From NCBI GenBank assembly GCA_009859145.1, contig VRVR01000004.1, positions 108,677 through 172,676 of the forward strand: a stretch of 64,000 nt of DNA, given 5' to 3'. The stretch is from Andalucia godoyi And28 (Eukaryota > Protista > Jakobida). Made by a program: the position numbers and the translations under genes. Below, piece after piece: positions 1-11,699 of this stretch. Position 1 is the first letter of the stretch. Each line of letters opens with the position of its first letter. The notes under the pieces were generated by a model, which ran no database searches, was not told the DNA's origin, and worked only from the letters and a program-made list of their open reading frames with translations.

Positions 1-56
1 TAATACTTTTTACTTTGTGTGTGTGTGTGTGTGTGTGTGTGTGGTATTGAGGGGAA

Positions 57-1418
57 ATGTCGCTTTCAAAGGAATCTGCGATGGCGACTCGTCGAATAAA
101 AGCGATATTGTCGCACATGAATCCTGTTCCTTTGGCACGCGGGGTAATTGCGACGGCGACGAGTACGGCATCGATCCCGAGTTTATCGACGATTGCGGGA
201 TCTGAAGTTACGCCGCTTGTGCTTGCTTTGTCCGATGTAATGTACTCCAAACACTTGTATGCTCAAAAGGACAAAGAAGGAAAAGAAGGATCGAAAAGGC
301 GGCTTTTCTTCCCGCTTTCCAACAAGGCGTTTCGCACCGTCATGACTGCTTTGTATGGGTGGGCGCGATGGGAATCCGCGAAAAATCCATCTGAGCGGCT
401 TCGAGCGTTTTGCTCGCTTCTGATTTCGCTTATTTCGCTTATTCCGGTGTATCTGAATGGCGGTGCGGGTAGCACAGAATTCAGAATCCGGCTGATGGGA
501 ATGCTGAACACGTGGACTTGGATCGGCCAGCAACTGCTTTCGCTGCCTTCTGCTTCGATCGACAACTGGCTCCTGAAAGTATTCGTCAAGATGCAAAGGA
601 TGCTGCATCTTGGTCCAAATTCTGCCAAGCTGTTTGGAATGCACAGCAGGATCTTCAACAGCGACAAGAAGAATCAGAAGAGTACTGGAAATCGGATGCA
701 TCCATTCAACCTGATTGAAATTCTAATCTCGATTTCCATCATTGTAACGTTTTCTGGGCTTGTTGGAGTGGTATACCCCAAACTGCTGGACGACTCGAAA
801 GAATCCAATGCACAGCTGGACTTGCATACAATTGCTTCGGCTCTTGTTATTTTCTATTCCCGAACATCGCGGTACCCGCTGTCTCTGGACGATTTGGCCA
901 GATCTGGCGATTTGGCTGCGGTTCCTAGGGATCCGTGGGACAACGACTACAAGTACATCCCCCACGTTGATCTCTTGGCGCTCTCCAGAGCCCTCAAGTC
1001 GAGGACGAGCGGAGCCGTCACAACATCGACAGTTGGTGCGAATGCGGGTGCAGATGGGAAGGCACATCTTGGGACGCTGGAGTATGGGATCGAGTGTCTG
1101 CGACGAGCTGCATCCGTGCTCTCCGAGCTTCAGTCGGTTTCATCGACGAATGCAAAAGCAGGTGGTCTGGATCTGATGGGCATCCTCGTCGCCTGCACTG
1201 ATGGACCTGTCATATGCTGTTTGGGAAAACGCGGTCCACTTTTTCTTGGCGCCGGTTCGTCTGGTGGATCTTCGCCGGGTTCAATTGGGAACATTCCACC
1301 TGCAAAGAAAAAAGAAGTCGCTGGTCTGATCCAGGAAATTCGAAACACTGCCGCACAAGCCGGGCGGCGAGAAGCACTCGATGCTATTGAGTCTGTTCGA
1401 CAAGTCTTGTCGTCATAA
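57..1418 (+). CDS. gspG: GspG-like pseudopilin of the mitochondrial T2SS-derived system, with long N- and C-terminal extensions
   Basis: Internal type IV pilin N-terminal motif HP|FNLIEILISISIIVTFSGLVGVVYPKLL (from nt 705), then A..DLHTIASAL..F....RYP...L..L and PRDPWDNDYKY, matching the bacterial GspG PKDPWGNDYQY motif. About 216 aa precede the pilin helix. Confidence 0.88.
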   Translation: MSLSKESAMATRRIKAILSHMNPVPLARGVIATATSTASIPSLSTIAGSEVTPLVLALSDVMYSKHLYAQKDKEGKEGSKRRLFFPLSNKAFRTVMTALYGWARWESAKNPSERLRAFCSLLISLISLIPVYLNGGAGSTEFRIRLMGMLNTWTWIGQQLLSLPSASIDNWLLKVFVKMQRMLHLGPNSAKLFGMHSRIFNSDKKNQKSTGNRMHPFNLIEILISISIIVTFSGLVGVVYPKLLDDSKESNAQLDLHTIASALVIFYSRTSRYPLSLDDLARSGDLAAVPRDPWDNDYKYIPHVDLLALSRALKSRTSGAVTTSTVGANAGADGKAHLGTLEYGIECLRRAASVLSELQSVSSTNAKAGGLDLMGILVACTDGPVICCLGKRGPLFLGAGSSGGSSPGSIGNIPPAKKKEVAGLIQEIRNTAAQAGRREALDAIESVRQVLSS

Positions 1419-2141
1419 TGAAGCCCATGCAAGGGAAAAACAGTGTTCCATGGGCCACTCTTTTTTCTCATATTGTTCCTTTGTCCTGCCTCTCAGCCTC
1501 GCTCAATCTGAACGCACACGACTGTTTATCCACGTGCTCCCAAGTCATTCGTGGCACACCCTGTTCGCAACAAAACAAATCCTGATTGTCTCAACGCAAC
1601 AGTTGCATCCTGCGCCTACACTGTACACTAATCATTTATTGCCAGTGCTAATCAATGATCACCAGTCTTGCATTTCACCGTTGCGCATCCACGAAACGAG
1701 AGCAGGTAGGCTCCCAGCACGCCACCCATGTCTCCATGGACAACGTTTTTCAAATAAGTACTGAAGAGGCGGTGGGATCGTCGGGAGCCGACGCAGACGA
1801 GACGGACGCGACCGGCAGCGGCGTCGGTGTCGTAATAGTGAGGTGGGGAGATGTCAGAATACGTCCTGCGGACGGGCTGCAGGTCCAAGGAGCGCGCTCC
1901 GAGTCGTTGGAACAACAATAAAGAAGAGAAACGGCGGCTATCCTTGGTTACCGATGATACGTGATGCTGCAGTAGCATTTCCTAGCTGCTGCACATCGTA
2001 CTGATCGCTGCTATTCAGCATCGATCACCATTGTTTCCACCTTTCAGACAGCTCTTTGTGAGACAAAAAAGTGCCGGGTCCGTTTTCTGCTCTTCTGTTG
2101 TTGTTGGAATTTCATTATTCAACATTTTTCAATATAAAAGG

Positions 2142-3002
2142 ATGAATGGGTATACCTTTCCATTGGACAAGTTGCGTCCGGTGTCATCGTGTCTGCCCGG
2201 AAAGACGCCTGCTGTGATTGTTTCATGCGGTTCCTTCAATCCGGTAACATTTTTGCATCTGCGATTGTTTGAAGTGGCTCGCGATGCATTGCGCTTGAGC
2301 TCAGAATACGATGTTTTGGGAGGTTATTTCTCACCGGTGAATGACAGATACACCAAAAAAGATCTCGTTCCGTCTGTTCATCGAGTGGCCATGTGCCGGC
2401 TTGCTGCGGCTGCAAGCGATTGGATCATGACTGACCCCTGGGAGTCTTTGCAATCCGAGTATCAGCGTACACGAGTAGTACTTGAGCATATCGAGCGCCG
2501 TGTGAACGGCTCCGTTGCTCTGTCTGCGGGGCCTCCCACATCGAATAGCTCCGCAGTGGACGCACGTCAGTTGGACGGATCCCACCAGGAGGACTGCCCG
2601 AAAAGAATCCGAGTTCTTCTTCTCTGCGGCTCAGACCTTCTCGAGTCCTTTATGACTCCCGGCGTGTGGAATCCCTCCGATGTGTTGTCGATTCTACGAG
2701 ACTTTGGTGTGGTGTGCATCCAGCGTGAAGGTGTAGATCCGTTTCGGATCATCCACGAGTCCGACCTCCTGTCTATGCTCTCAAAGTACATTCTTGTGTT
2801 TCGTGAATGGATCCTGAATGACGTGAGTGCCACGGAAGTGAGGCGCCACATCCGACGGGGACTGTCCATTCGATACCTGACTCCGGACCCTGTTGTCAGC
2901 TATCTCGTCCAACATGGGCTGTATCGAATGATCGACGAGGAAAAGTTGATTGACTCGCTGCGTGAATCATTTGAAAGGGCTTTGGAGAACAAAAAGCAGT
3001 AG
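2142..3002 (+). CDS. NMNAT: Nicotinamide/nicotinate mononucleotide adenylyltransferase
   Basis: CGSFNPVTFLHLRLFE, GGYFSPVND.Y.KKDL, WESLQ..YQRT..VL, LLCGSDLLESF..PGVW, N.VSATEVR...RRGLSIRYL. ATG at 2142 preferred over the upstream TTG. Confidence 0.95.
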   Translation: MNGYTFPLDKLRPVSSCLPGKTPAVIVSCGSFNPVTFLHLRLFEVARDALRLSSEYDVLGGYFSPVNDRYTKKDLVPSVHRVAMCRLAAAASDWIMTDPWESLQSEYQRTRVVLEHIERRVNGSVALSAGPPTSNSSAVDARQLDGSHQEDCPKRIRVLLLCGSDLLESFMTPGVWNPSDVLSILRDFGVVCIQREGVDPFRIIHESDLLSMLSKYILVFREWILNDVSATEVRRHIRRGLSIRYLTPDPVVSYLVQHGLYRMIDEEKLIDSLRESFERALENKKQ

Positions 3003-3272
3003 CAGCATGTCAAGATGTTGCTACCTCATTCCTTAATTATTATTTTTTTTAACGGGCCAAAGTCCTCTTGTTGTCGACGCGTCCCCAGGGTCGAACTGCA
3101 AGATAAAACAGGGGTTCGTTTTATTGTTATTGTTATTATTATTATTTGATCAAGTAATATTCAATAATTAAAAAATATATACATGTATACATATAACAGA
3201 ACACGACTGTGAATAGCGCTCTTTTGACGAGATGAAAAAACGATTTACTTACATTCAAGAGAAGAGGGGACA

Positions 3273-4670
3273 TCACGTGGTGAACGAAAGAGAGAGAGTG
3301 AGCAGCACGGGTGTCTTGAGCGGATTTCCGACCCAAATGCGCGCCTTGGCCTGCTGCAAGTCAAAGACCACTGTGCACACTGTCGACACCGTATCGGGCG
3401 TCTTGGAAGACCGGAAGATAGGGTACTCGGAATCCTGCGTATCCGACAAAATGTTGAGCATGTCATACTCGGTCTTCGGGGGCGAGAACTGCAAAGCCCG
3501 AGCAAGTCTGTGAATGGACGACGGGTCGTCATATTGCGCAATCTCCTTGTTGTACAAGTACATATTAAAATGGAAAACGGCGTCTCCGGTGCATTTTGTG
3601 ACCGTCAGCGCATGCTCCATGGGAATAACTTCAAGATTGATTGTCTGCAGTTGTCGGACGAAGCCAACATTGTACGCAAAGCCGAGTGCTGGCTTGATTC
3701 CGTATGCAAGACCGCTCGCCTTGTTCGACACATCTGCAAACGATTTTGAAGAGAGCAGATCGCGCTGCACCCAGTACCGCGCTGCGCCTCGTGCAAACAC
3801 GGCTTTCGGAAACACTGCATCGGATGTCATAACAAGCCCGTACCGATTGAACGCCCAAGCATTTCCTGCAACGAAGCCGGGATACACATACGCTGTAAAC
3901 TCGTCCGTTTCGAGCAAGTACGCCGTCTCCATCACAACGGCACGCGTGTCTTCATTATGTCCGATAAATCCAGAAAGGAGAATGTCAGAACAGTCCTTTA
4001 GAAAATCCGGAATCGCATCATTCGTCCCGATTTTCTCATTTGCCAATTCCACATCATCATCGTCGTCGTCGACGTCATCATCGCCGCTATCACCACTATC
4101 ATCCGCATCCATATCATCCACACGGGCTGAAAGAGCATCCTTCTCATCAAGCAAGTCCACACCCTCCAAAGCATGTTCGGGGGTTTCGACACGACTTAAA
4201 CGAGACTGCAAAATGGCGTCTTGAGCAACTTTGAAAGCGACTTCCTGTTCACGCAACTTCATTAATTCAGACTCTGAAATATTGGCCTGCATGACCGCGT
4301 ACAGTTCTTGTTGGAAAGACAGCATCAGCAAGTCAGCAAAGGACACATTTGCGCCAGTTGCGATTCCCCGAAGTTCGTCATAGACACTCGGAAGAACACC
4401 CTGGTTTGCTTCCAACAGAAACTCAAGCGCAAGTTTCCCTGTCCCAGCGGCCGTGAACGGTCTCAGATCATTGTTCAAAAAGGCATCTGCAGCCAGAAAC
4501 TCCACAATGTCAGAGCCAAACGACTGGCCTTGCACAAATCCAAGATCATACGCAGAAATATCCCCGGCAACTCGCAATCTGCGCAGAGTCGCGTACGCAT
4601 CCACGGAGGACGTGCCAAAAAGAAGCACAAGCCCCAACAAAACAAGAACCGCAAATACGCTCCTCTCCAT
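3273..4670 (-). CDS. Secreted C45-family Ntn hydrolase (acyl-CoA:6-APA acyltransferase/tan-like)
   Basis: Signal peptide (MERSVFAVLVLLGLVLLFG), G..YDLGFVQG, autocleavage site D|CSD and GHNED, G.AWAFN.YGL, D.SSIHRLAR, TVCTVVFDL. Confidence 0.85.
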   Translation of the reverse strand: MERSVFAVLVLLGLVLLFGTSSVDAYATLRRLRVAGDISAYDLGFVQGQSFGSDIVEFLAADAFLNNDLRPFTAAGTGKLALEFLLEANQGVLPSVYDELRGIATGANVSFADLLMLSFQQELYAVMQANISESELMKLREQEVAFKVAQDAILQSRLSRVETPEHALEGVDLLDEKDALSARVDDMDADDSGDSGDDDVDDDDDDVELANEKIGTNDAIPDFLKDCSDILLSGFIGHNEDTRAVVMETAYLLETDEFTAYVYPGFVAGNAWAFNRYGLVMTSDAVFPKAVFARGAARYWVQRDLLSSKSFADVSNKASGLAYGIKPALGFAYNVGFVRQLQTINLEVIPMEHALTVTKCTGDAVFHFNMYLYNKEIAQYDDPSSIHRLARALQFSPPKTEYDMLNILSDTQDSEYPIFRSSKTPDTVSTVCTVVFDLQQAKARIWVGNPLKTPVLLTLSLSFTT

Positions 4671-4951
4671 TCTCTGCGTTACACGAATGCTTGTTAGAAC
4701 ACAGAATATCACAAAACAAAACAAAACAACCCAAAAACAAAAAACAGAAAACAGAAAACAGAAAAATAAGAGTGAATTCGTGCGCTTTGCGGCACACTCG
4801 GTTCATTCGGCGGGCTGTAAAATGAAATATATTTAAATTTAAAAAACTACCCGCACAAGCCTTTTGTTGTTTTACGACAGGCAGTTTCATTTCTTAGGTA
4901 AGAAAGGGAAGGTCGTGCAGTTGACGCCGAACGCAAAAAGAAAAGGGCTTA

Positions 4952-5746
4952 CTACAATAAATACAGGTTTGATCGTTCGACGACATCGAACAAAAACAGA
5001 GTTTTCAGCAGCTCCTGAGCTTGTGCAAAGACAGCAGGAGTCTTTTCATCGGTGGCTGCAGAGTGTCCGTCTCGAGTGATTCTTGCTTCCACAGGATGCA
5101 TATGTTGCAGCTCGCAGATGGCCTTGATCTGGACTCCGTTTCGAAATGCAATGTCCCACAGATCATACGAGTTTGACACTTCACACTTTTCAATTTCACC
5201 GCTCGCTGCTCTTGCCTTCAACTCAAGGACTTGCTCTCGGCGGCTCACGAATGCCACGACATGTTGACTGATTCTCTGAAGCACGCTTTGCAGATCCGTC
5301 TTTGCAAACTGCGCTACAATCTGCTCCACTGGAACAAAAAACGGGAGTGAGTGCTTTGAGATTTTGAAATGCTGCGAACTTCCAGTTGCATCGTACTCGA
5401 GAAACAGAAAATATGCTTCGAAAAACTTGTTCTTGTAAAACGTGTCGAACTGGACCGCAATCGTATCCTGGTCAATTGCAAAAAACGTGATTCCTGACAT
5501 TCGATACGCAGCAAAGGACTCCGAGAGTACGCGCTTCGAAACACGGTCTGGAAAATTCGCAATAATGGCAGCCTTCATTTCCTCTGAAGCGGCCGGAACT
5601 GTGCTGACGCTGGCCGAAGATCCGGAAACGGGCTGCGTGCCTTGGCGCGACTGAGAGAAGAACGTCGCGAATGGAACCGATGCGTGCACAAGCGCATTGA
5701 AATGGGCTGTATTTCTCTGAGAAACCAGCGCTTCGCCTATTTTCCG

Positions 5747-5782
<36 letters not shown>

Positions 5783-6068
5783 GGAACACACGCGCACGGT
5801 GCAATTATTAATACGAATGATTCTTCGGTCGTTCAATGAAAATGGAAGAAAATCCAAGGGGGAAAAAAAAGATGGAGACGGAGAAAGAAGCATGGAAAAA
5901 TTCTCACATACATTGCTGTTGAAGAAAAGAAAGCTGTTCGAGATTTCGCTCGTTTGTGTGTTGGACAGAAGAAAGTATTCGAGACTGCTCGATTAGATCG
6001 TCCAGCTGGACGAGAATGCGCGATTGCAGTCTTGCCGAAGCTTGCTGAACCGCAAACGAACTACTCAT
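4952..6068 (-). CDS. CENPO: Kinetochore protein CENP-O/Mcm21-like; 2 exons (6068-5912, 5736-4952)
   Basis: GITFF..D...AVQFDTF....FEAYFL...ISKHSLPFFVPVEQI...LQRISQHVVAFVSRREQV is the CENP-O RWD signature. A GTATGT...AG intron (5911-5737) joins an upstream ATG exon in frame. Confidence 0.75.
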
Positions 6069-6459
6069 TCCTCTGTCTCTCTATCTCTGTGTGTATGCAA
6101 CCTGTGTGTTCTTGGTTTAATCTCAAAAGACAGCCAAAACAAGAGTTACAGAAAATAATAAAATAATAAAATAATAAATAAATAAATAAATACGAGTTGA
6201 GAGTCAGCTGCTCTTCATCGTATCAACGACGTCATTAAGCACAAACAGGATCAAGGTGCACGCGGGAAAAAGCACCCTCTCAAGGTCATGTATCACTTGA
6301 TTCTACATCGAGGAAGAAAGGTTCGCTGCGCTGATTTCTGCTGCTCTGCTGCTCTGCTGCTTTTCTGGACTTTTTTTGTGAACCCAAGAGCAGCGAGAAA
6401 GGCAATCATTGGATCTGGGTTCCGAAGAGAGAGGAGGCGGGGGAAAAAATAATAAGAAT

Positions 6460-7688
6460 ATGGAGGGTCTTTCTGCGGAAGAGTCTGCGATTTATGATCG
6501 GCAAATTAGATTATGGGGACTAGAATCACAGAAGCGGTATGGTTTTTGAGCTGCAAAAAAAAAAAGAAAAAAAGAAGAAGAAGAGAAGAAGAAGAAGAAA
6601 AACACCAGCAGTGATTGACATTTTCATTATCAGTTTACTGATGTCTGAGAAGTGTTTGTTATTCATGTTGTTTTTGGTGATGTTCCGAATGCAGAATGAT
6701 GTCGTCCAAGGTGCTCTTGGTTGGATTGACTGGACTTGGTGTGGAGATTGCAAAGAATATCATTCTCGCGGGGATTGGATCTCTCGATGTTATGGATGAC
6801 GTGGTGGTCAGTGACAAGGACTTGGAAGCACAGTTTTGTCTCAATCGAGAAAATGTTGCCAGGAAGCAGACTAGAGCATCCGCATCTTCACCAATGTTGC
6901 AGGAATTGAACACACTCATGAGAGTCCAAACGGTATCCTATTCTACACATGCAGAGTGGACTGCGGCGTGTGCATCGTACAATCTGGTATGCCTTGTGGA
7001 TGTTCCCACTGCGCTACAACGCAGCGTTGCAGAGTCGTGCAGGCTGACTGGATGTCATTTTGTTGCTGCGTCTTCGTTTGGACTCGTGGGATACTTTGTT
7101 CTTGATTTTGGAAGCAATTTCGAGTTTGCAGCGTATGTTTTTCCCCTGTGTATTGTTGTTGTTGTTGTTGAGGTTTAGTGAACCTGCAGTTTTTTGTTTT
7201 CTTCCTCTTCCGTCTTTTTTTGGTGGTACTTGTTCACGAACAAGAATGAACGAACTGTCTAACTATGCGAGGGAGAGATGAACGCATACAGCGAAACGAA
7301 GAGTCACGACGGAGATGCCCAGCTTGGCGTGAAGCGGATATCTGCCCCTTCGTTCCAGCAGTTCTGTGATACTGATGTCGGTTCCTTGGTCCGGGCCGTG
7401 CCGATGACTATATTTATCAAAGGCCTGTACACTAGCGACGAAAACACAGCGGCTGCCGCTGCTCTCGCATCGCAGCACGGTGTTGATGCTGCAAAGGCGA
7501 CACAGCTTGCGCAATGGTACGATGCGAAATGTCAACTGACTCCTGTCTGCGCAATCGTTGGCGGATTCTGTTCACAAGAAATCGTGAAACTCATTAGCAA
7601 ACGCGATGAACCCGTGAATAACGTGTTTGTGTATGACGGGCTCGATTCGTATGCAGCCACTTGCGACACGATTCCAGCTTCCTTGTAA
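6460..7688 (+). CDS. SAE1: SUMO-activating enzyme subunit 1 (Aos1); 3 exons (6460-6536, 6695-7132, 7292-7688)
   Basis: Spliced product MEGLSAEESAIYDRQIRLWGLESQKR-MMSSKVLLVGLTGLGVEIAKNIILAG...LTPVCAIVGGFCSQEIVKLIS.RDEPVNNVFVYDG. Both introns are GTATG..AG with compatible phases. Confidence 0.88.
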
Positions 7689-7837
7689 AGTTCATCGCAC
7701 CATTGTCGCGCACTATCCTTTTTTTTCTTTCCTGCGCCATCCACATCGAGAGCTGGACACATATGCGTCTTTGCTGTCGCCATCCAATGCACTACATGCT
7801 CTTCCGCCCCGCCATGGTTTTTTTAATTTATTTATTA

Positions 7838-9173
7838 TTACACATACTTTGCAGGCTGGCCAGCTCCACTATTTGCCGATCCCTGACCTCCATATGCCGG
7901 CTGGTACGTGCCTTGTGGTTGTGCACCATAGGGCTGCGCGCTGTACGGCTGAGCAGAGTAGTATGCAGCGGGCTGCTGATCCGGCGCAGCCTGATACCCA
8001 GACTGCTGCGGTTGCTGCTGTTGCTGCGGCTGCTGTGGCTGACCATAACCATATGGCTGCTGCGGCTGCTGCTGCTGACCATAACCATATGGCTGCTGCG
8101 GCTGCTGCTGTCCATAACCATACGCAGCACCCTGCGCAGGTCCCGGATACGGTGCGTACGCCACGCCTCCGTTGTTCACCCCATCCATTCCGGATCCCGG
8201 TGGGCCATATGCGCCGCCTGCGACCATTGTTCCGGGGGGATACGGGCCGCTTGTGATGATGACCTGGGCAGTCTGGACGACAACGGGCTGTGCAGGTCCG
8301 TATTCTGACCGTCTGGCTTGAATGAACGCCGCTGACGCAAACGCCATGCACAAAATCGAAAGCGTAAAGCCGATGTAAGACCACGAATACGACGCATCGC
8401 TCCATGGCTTACTGTCGGACGGTGTGAACAGAACATAGACTGCCGCCGCAATCACCAGGATAATTCCTGAAACGAGTGACACTCCATACGCATGCACAAA
8501 ATCCTTCTCCTCCGCCTTGTCCTTGTGGATTTTGTGTGCATAGAACAACGATGGAAGCGTCAATATGATGCCAATGATTCCGATCGCAAGAGTCGCATTT
8601 GACACGCGAACAATCTTATCCACGCTAGACGAGCTCAGCGGGTTCTTGAAATCCGCAAGCGAAGCCCCAGTCTTGTCAAAACAGCCCTTAGAAATGACAG
8701 CCGAGTACGTCCGAAGACCAAACCACATGACCACATCTGCAGCTGTGTTCGGCGCGCACGACAGATTCGACGCACGAACAGTTTGATTCGAGCCGGAGTA
8801 ATACTAGTGGAGTAACATATTAATACTATTCATGCACACAACCATCTCAGCAATGAAGCAGAACATTGCCCTAATAATATCATAAAGAGATGTAGAAGAG
8901 AGTACGTACGAGCCATCCACGAGTTCCCAGAGATACAGACGCGAGCTACAGCCATTTTTGAAGAACAGAGGGAACAGAAACGAGGAAAATCAGTATCAGG
9001 ACCACATGTTTCGAGAACACAGAAAGCGAACGTCCAGTCCATGATCAACCAAACCAAACCAAGGTTTAATTTCATTAATGTAAAATTTAAATTTAAAAAA
9101 CACATACGATAATTGCAGCAAATGTAAAAAGAACTGCAGACACTGCGTAATGTTTCGTCTTTTCCAGAACCAT
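7838..9173 (-). CDS. Claudin/PMP22-like tetraspan protein with a Pro/Gln/Tyr/Gly-rich tail; 3 exons (9173-9108, 8945-8910, 8803-7838)
   Basis: Splicing gives MVLEKTKHYAVSAVLFTFAAII-LASVSLGTRGWL-YYSG...WFGLR..C (claudin-type T..W / GL motif), three further TM helices and a tail of repeated YGYGQ(Q)QQPQQP. Confidence 0.7.
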
Positions 9174-9787
9174 ACTCTCAATGTTTTGTTTTTTCCCTCT
9201 CTCCTTTTTCTTTTTCTTTTTCTTTTTCTTTTTGTTTTTGTTGTTGTCTTTCGTTTTTAATTCTTCTTTCCAGTCTTCCGCCTTGAAATACACGAAATGC
9301 AGATACCAAATGGAAAATGAAAAATGAAGAGCAAAAGGAGGCAAAATTCAAAGGAGGAAAATCTCGATTACCGAAAGGAAGCAGCGTCAGAGTGCTGCCC
9401 GTTCTTGGCCAGTTTTGCCGCAAGAGAAGCACGAATCGTTTATTCCATTGGGGGGAAAAAACTGCCACCATCAAGCATCAATTGATATAACAAAAAACTC
9501 AACCAAGTCGTGCAATGAGCAAAACGATCTCAACCCTGAGGTTCAAGATTGTTGTAGTTTCGTTGTTGGCGGTCGTTGGTCAAAGATTCAAGAAACAAAA
9601 GGAATTTCGAGTTGCACGAAACGAGCCTCCACGATTTTTTATTTTTATTTGGTTTTATTTTTTTCTGCTGTGAAGCTATTAAACAGGAGGGGGGCAGTTT
9701 GATCTCATTTGAGAGAAAAGTGAACGAAAAAGAAGAAGAAGAAGAAGAAGAAGAAGAAGAAGAAGAAGAAGGAAAAGGGAAAGAAAT

Positions 9788-10462
9788 ATGAGATTCTGGA
9801 CTTCCGTATTGGTTGCGGCGTTGGCTGTGACTGCGTATGTTGTGGTTGATCATGGAGTATTTCAGCATGTCCATGTGTGGGAAGCACCGTTTGATTCTTT
9901 TGAGATGATTCTTGCCAAGCATCGAGGACCTTACCATCACATTGGACCTGTGATTGAGTCTGTTTTTAGCATTGTGGCGAATGCAACTCACATTCCGAAA
10001 GACACGTTGGCGCGCGATGCGGATGGTGCTGGCGTGTTTTTGGACGATCCAATGGCGGTTGCAGACAGCTCGCTGCTGCGATCCCTGGGAGGCCTTGTGT
10101 TGCCGAAAAATGGAGCTAAGATCTCAGAGGAACAGTGGGTTGCCATGCAAAAGCTGGCTCAGGATCAAGGTGGACGTACCTTGGAACGCATATCGGTACG
10201 TAAGCAGCAGTACGTACAGTCCTACTTCCCGCTTCGCTCGCGCATTCTCTCGTTTATGATTGCACCATTCAAGGTTTATCCAGCAATCGAAGCCTTCATC
10301 TTTGGGAAGAACGCAGACAAGCCAGGACACTTTGCATTGTCCATCGAGATCTACAAGCCCAACTCGATCCTTTATCTCATTCCAACTTCAGAACAAGATG
10401 ATGATGCGGTGTACAAACGTTCCGAGTTTCCGTCTGCCGCGCCAGCTCAGAATGCAAAGTGA
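9788..10462 (+). CDS. TEX264-like protein with a GyrI-like domain and N-terminal TM anchor
   Basis: N-terminal hydrophobic helix; HRGPYHHIG, GVFLDDP....LLRS.GG, FPLRS..SFMIAPFKVYP. Confidence 0.7.
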   Translation: MRFWTSVLVAALAVTAYVVVDHGVFQHVHVWEAPFDSFEMILAKHRGPYHHIGPVIESVFSIVANATHIPKDTLARDADGAGVFLDDPMAVADSSLLRSLGGLVLPKNGAKISEEQWVAMQKLAQDQGGRTLERISVRKQQYVQSYFPLRSRILSFMIAPFKVYPAIEAFIFGKNADKPGHFALSIEIYKPNSILYLIPTSEQDDDAVYKRSEFPSAAPAQNAK

Positions 10463-10802
10463 TTTTCGCGATGTTCAGAGTGGACGAAACGGCTCGCTTG
10501 GCACCCGTTTTTTTGCATCCAAGACCAATTGTTTTAAGGTGATTTTGCACTTTTTATTTATTTATTTCTGTGGGAAACCATAAACACGAAAATTGAAAAT
10601 GAACCGCTCTGGAGATGGCTGGGCTGTTTGCTTCCGAGATGATGAAGAATTTGAGGCTGAGGAGCACACACAAAAACGCACAGCGTCAGCAACAGTCGGA
10701 CTTCGAGATGAGTTTCTGACTTCTGAAATCCTGTTTCACTCTGGTTCTGCTATCATATTGTTTTTCATTTATTATTATTTTTTTGTGGTAGAAATTCCTT
10801 CT

Positions 10803-10805
<3 letters not shown>

Positions 10806-10866
<61 letters not shown>
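10806..10866 (+). repeat. (AG)n microsatellite directly upstream of the DUF218 start codon
   Basis: Uninterrupted agag run. Similar simple repeats occur at about 16-44 (GT), 5747-5772 (CA), 9730-9770 (GAA) and 38370-38405 (GAA). Confidence 0.95.
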
Positions 10867-10867
<1 letters not shown>

Positions 10868-10869
<2 letters not shown>

Positions 10870-11554
10870 GTGGGACGCGGTGCTCGTGCTGGGCGGGGGT
10901 CTGCTGGATGATGGGAATGTTCCACCGTGGGTTGCAAACAGGCTCGACTATGCTGCGGCGTTGTTTCAAGCCGGTCGAACAAGTCGACTGATTGTGCTGA
11001 GTGCTGGAACGACGCACAAGGCACCCATTCTGGATGCATCCCAGCGGCCGATCCTCGAGAGTATCGCCGAAGCAAAGTATCTTGTGGACAAACACCATGT
11101 GAATCCGCGGATCATCTTTTGCGAAAAGAACTCATACGACACGATTGGTAATGCATACTATTGCCGAATGCTGTTCACAGACCCCTTTCAGTGGCGAAAG
11201 CTGCACATTGTTACGTCCGCGTTCCACATGGCGCGCTCAAAGGCGATCTTCGACTGGATCTTTTCGTTAACGGACAGTGCAGGGAATAGTCGCTCCGGAG
11301 GGATGTACGAAGTTACGTATCAGCAAGTTCCAGATGTCGGCCTTCCGCAAGATACTCTAGAGAGCAGGAAGGAGCGCGAGGCAAGATCTGCAGAGAATGT
11401 GCTGATGAACCTGTCGAAATCTATTACAAACTTGCAGCTTTTGCACACTTGGATCAATCTTGATCACGCTGCATACTCAACGGAAAAGCTTGTCGAGAGC
11501 CTTGCGTCTGCTGCAGAGGTCAAGGTCACCGATCCAGCACTCCGGTCATACTAA
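10868..11554 (+). CDS. DUF218 (YdcF/ElyC-like) domain protein
   Basis: DAVLVLGGG, RL..AA.LF, LIVLSAG, EKNSYDTIGNA, LHIVTSAFHMARS. Confidence 0.85.
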
Positions 11555-11699
11555 TGAAGCACCACAGCAGAGAATCGTGTTTCTGTTTTGCATGATACGT
11601 CCATCTCTTCTCTTTTTCCTTTCTTCTTTTTATTATTATTATTTGTATAATTAATTTTTTAATTTAAAATTAAAATACAACCACACATTTGCCTTGTCT

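Noticed and set aside
1655-1978. GC-rich short ORFs between GspG and NMNAT
   Set aside because: No recognisable domain or consistent splice structure; cannot be called as a gene or an element.
6240-6420. U3 snoRNA-like words (CAGGATCA, CGAGGAAGAAAGG)
   Set aside because: Only two short matches; no convincing box B/C/D arrangement, and the region is the CENP-O/SAE1 divergent promoter spacer.
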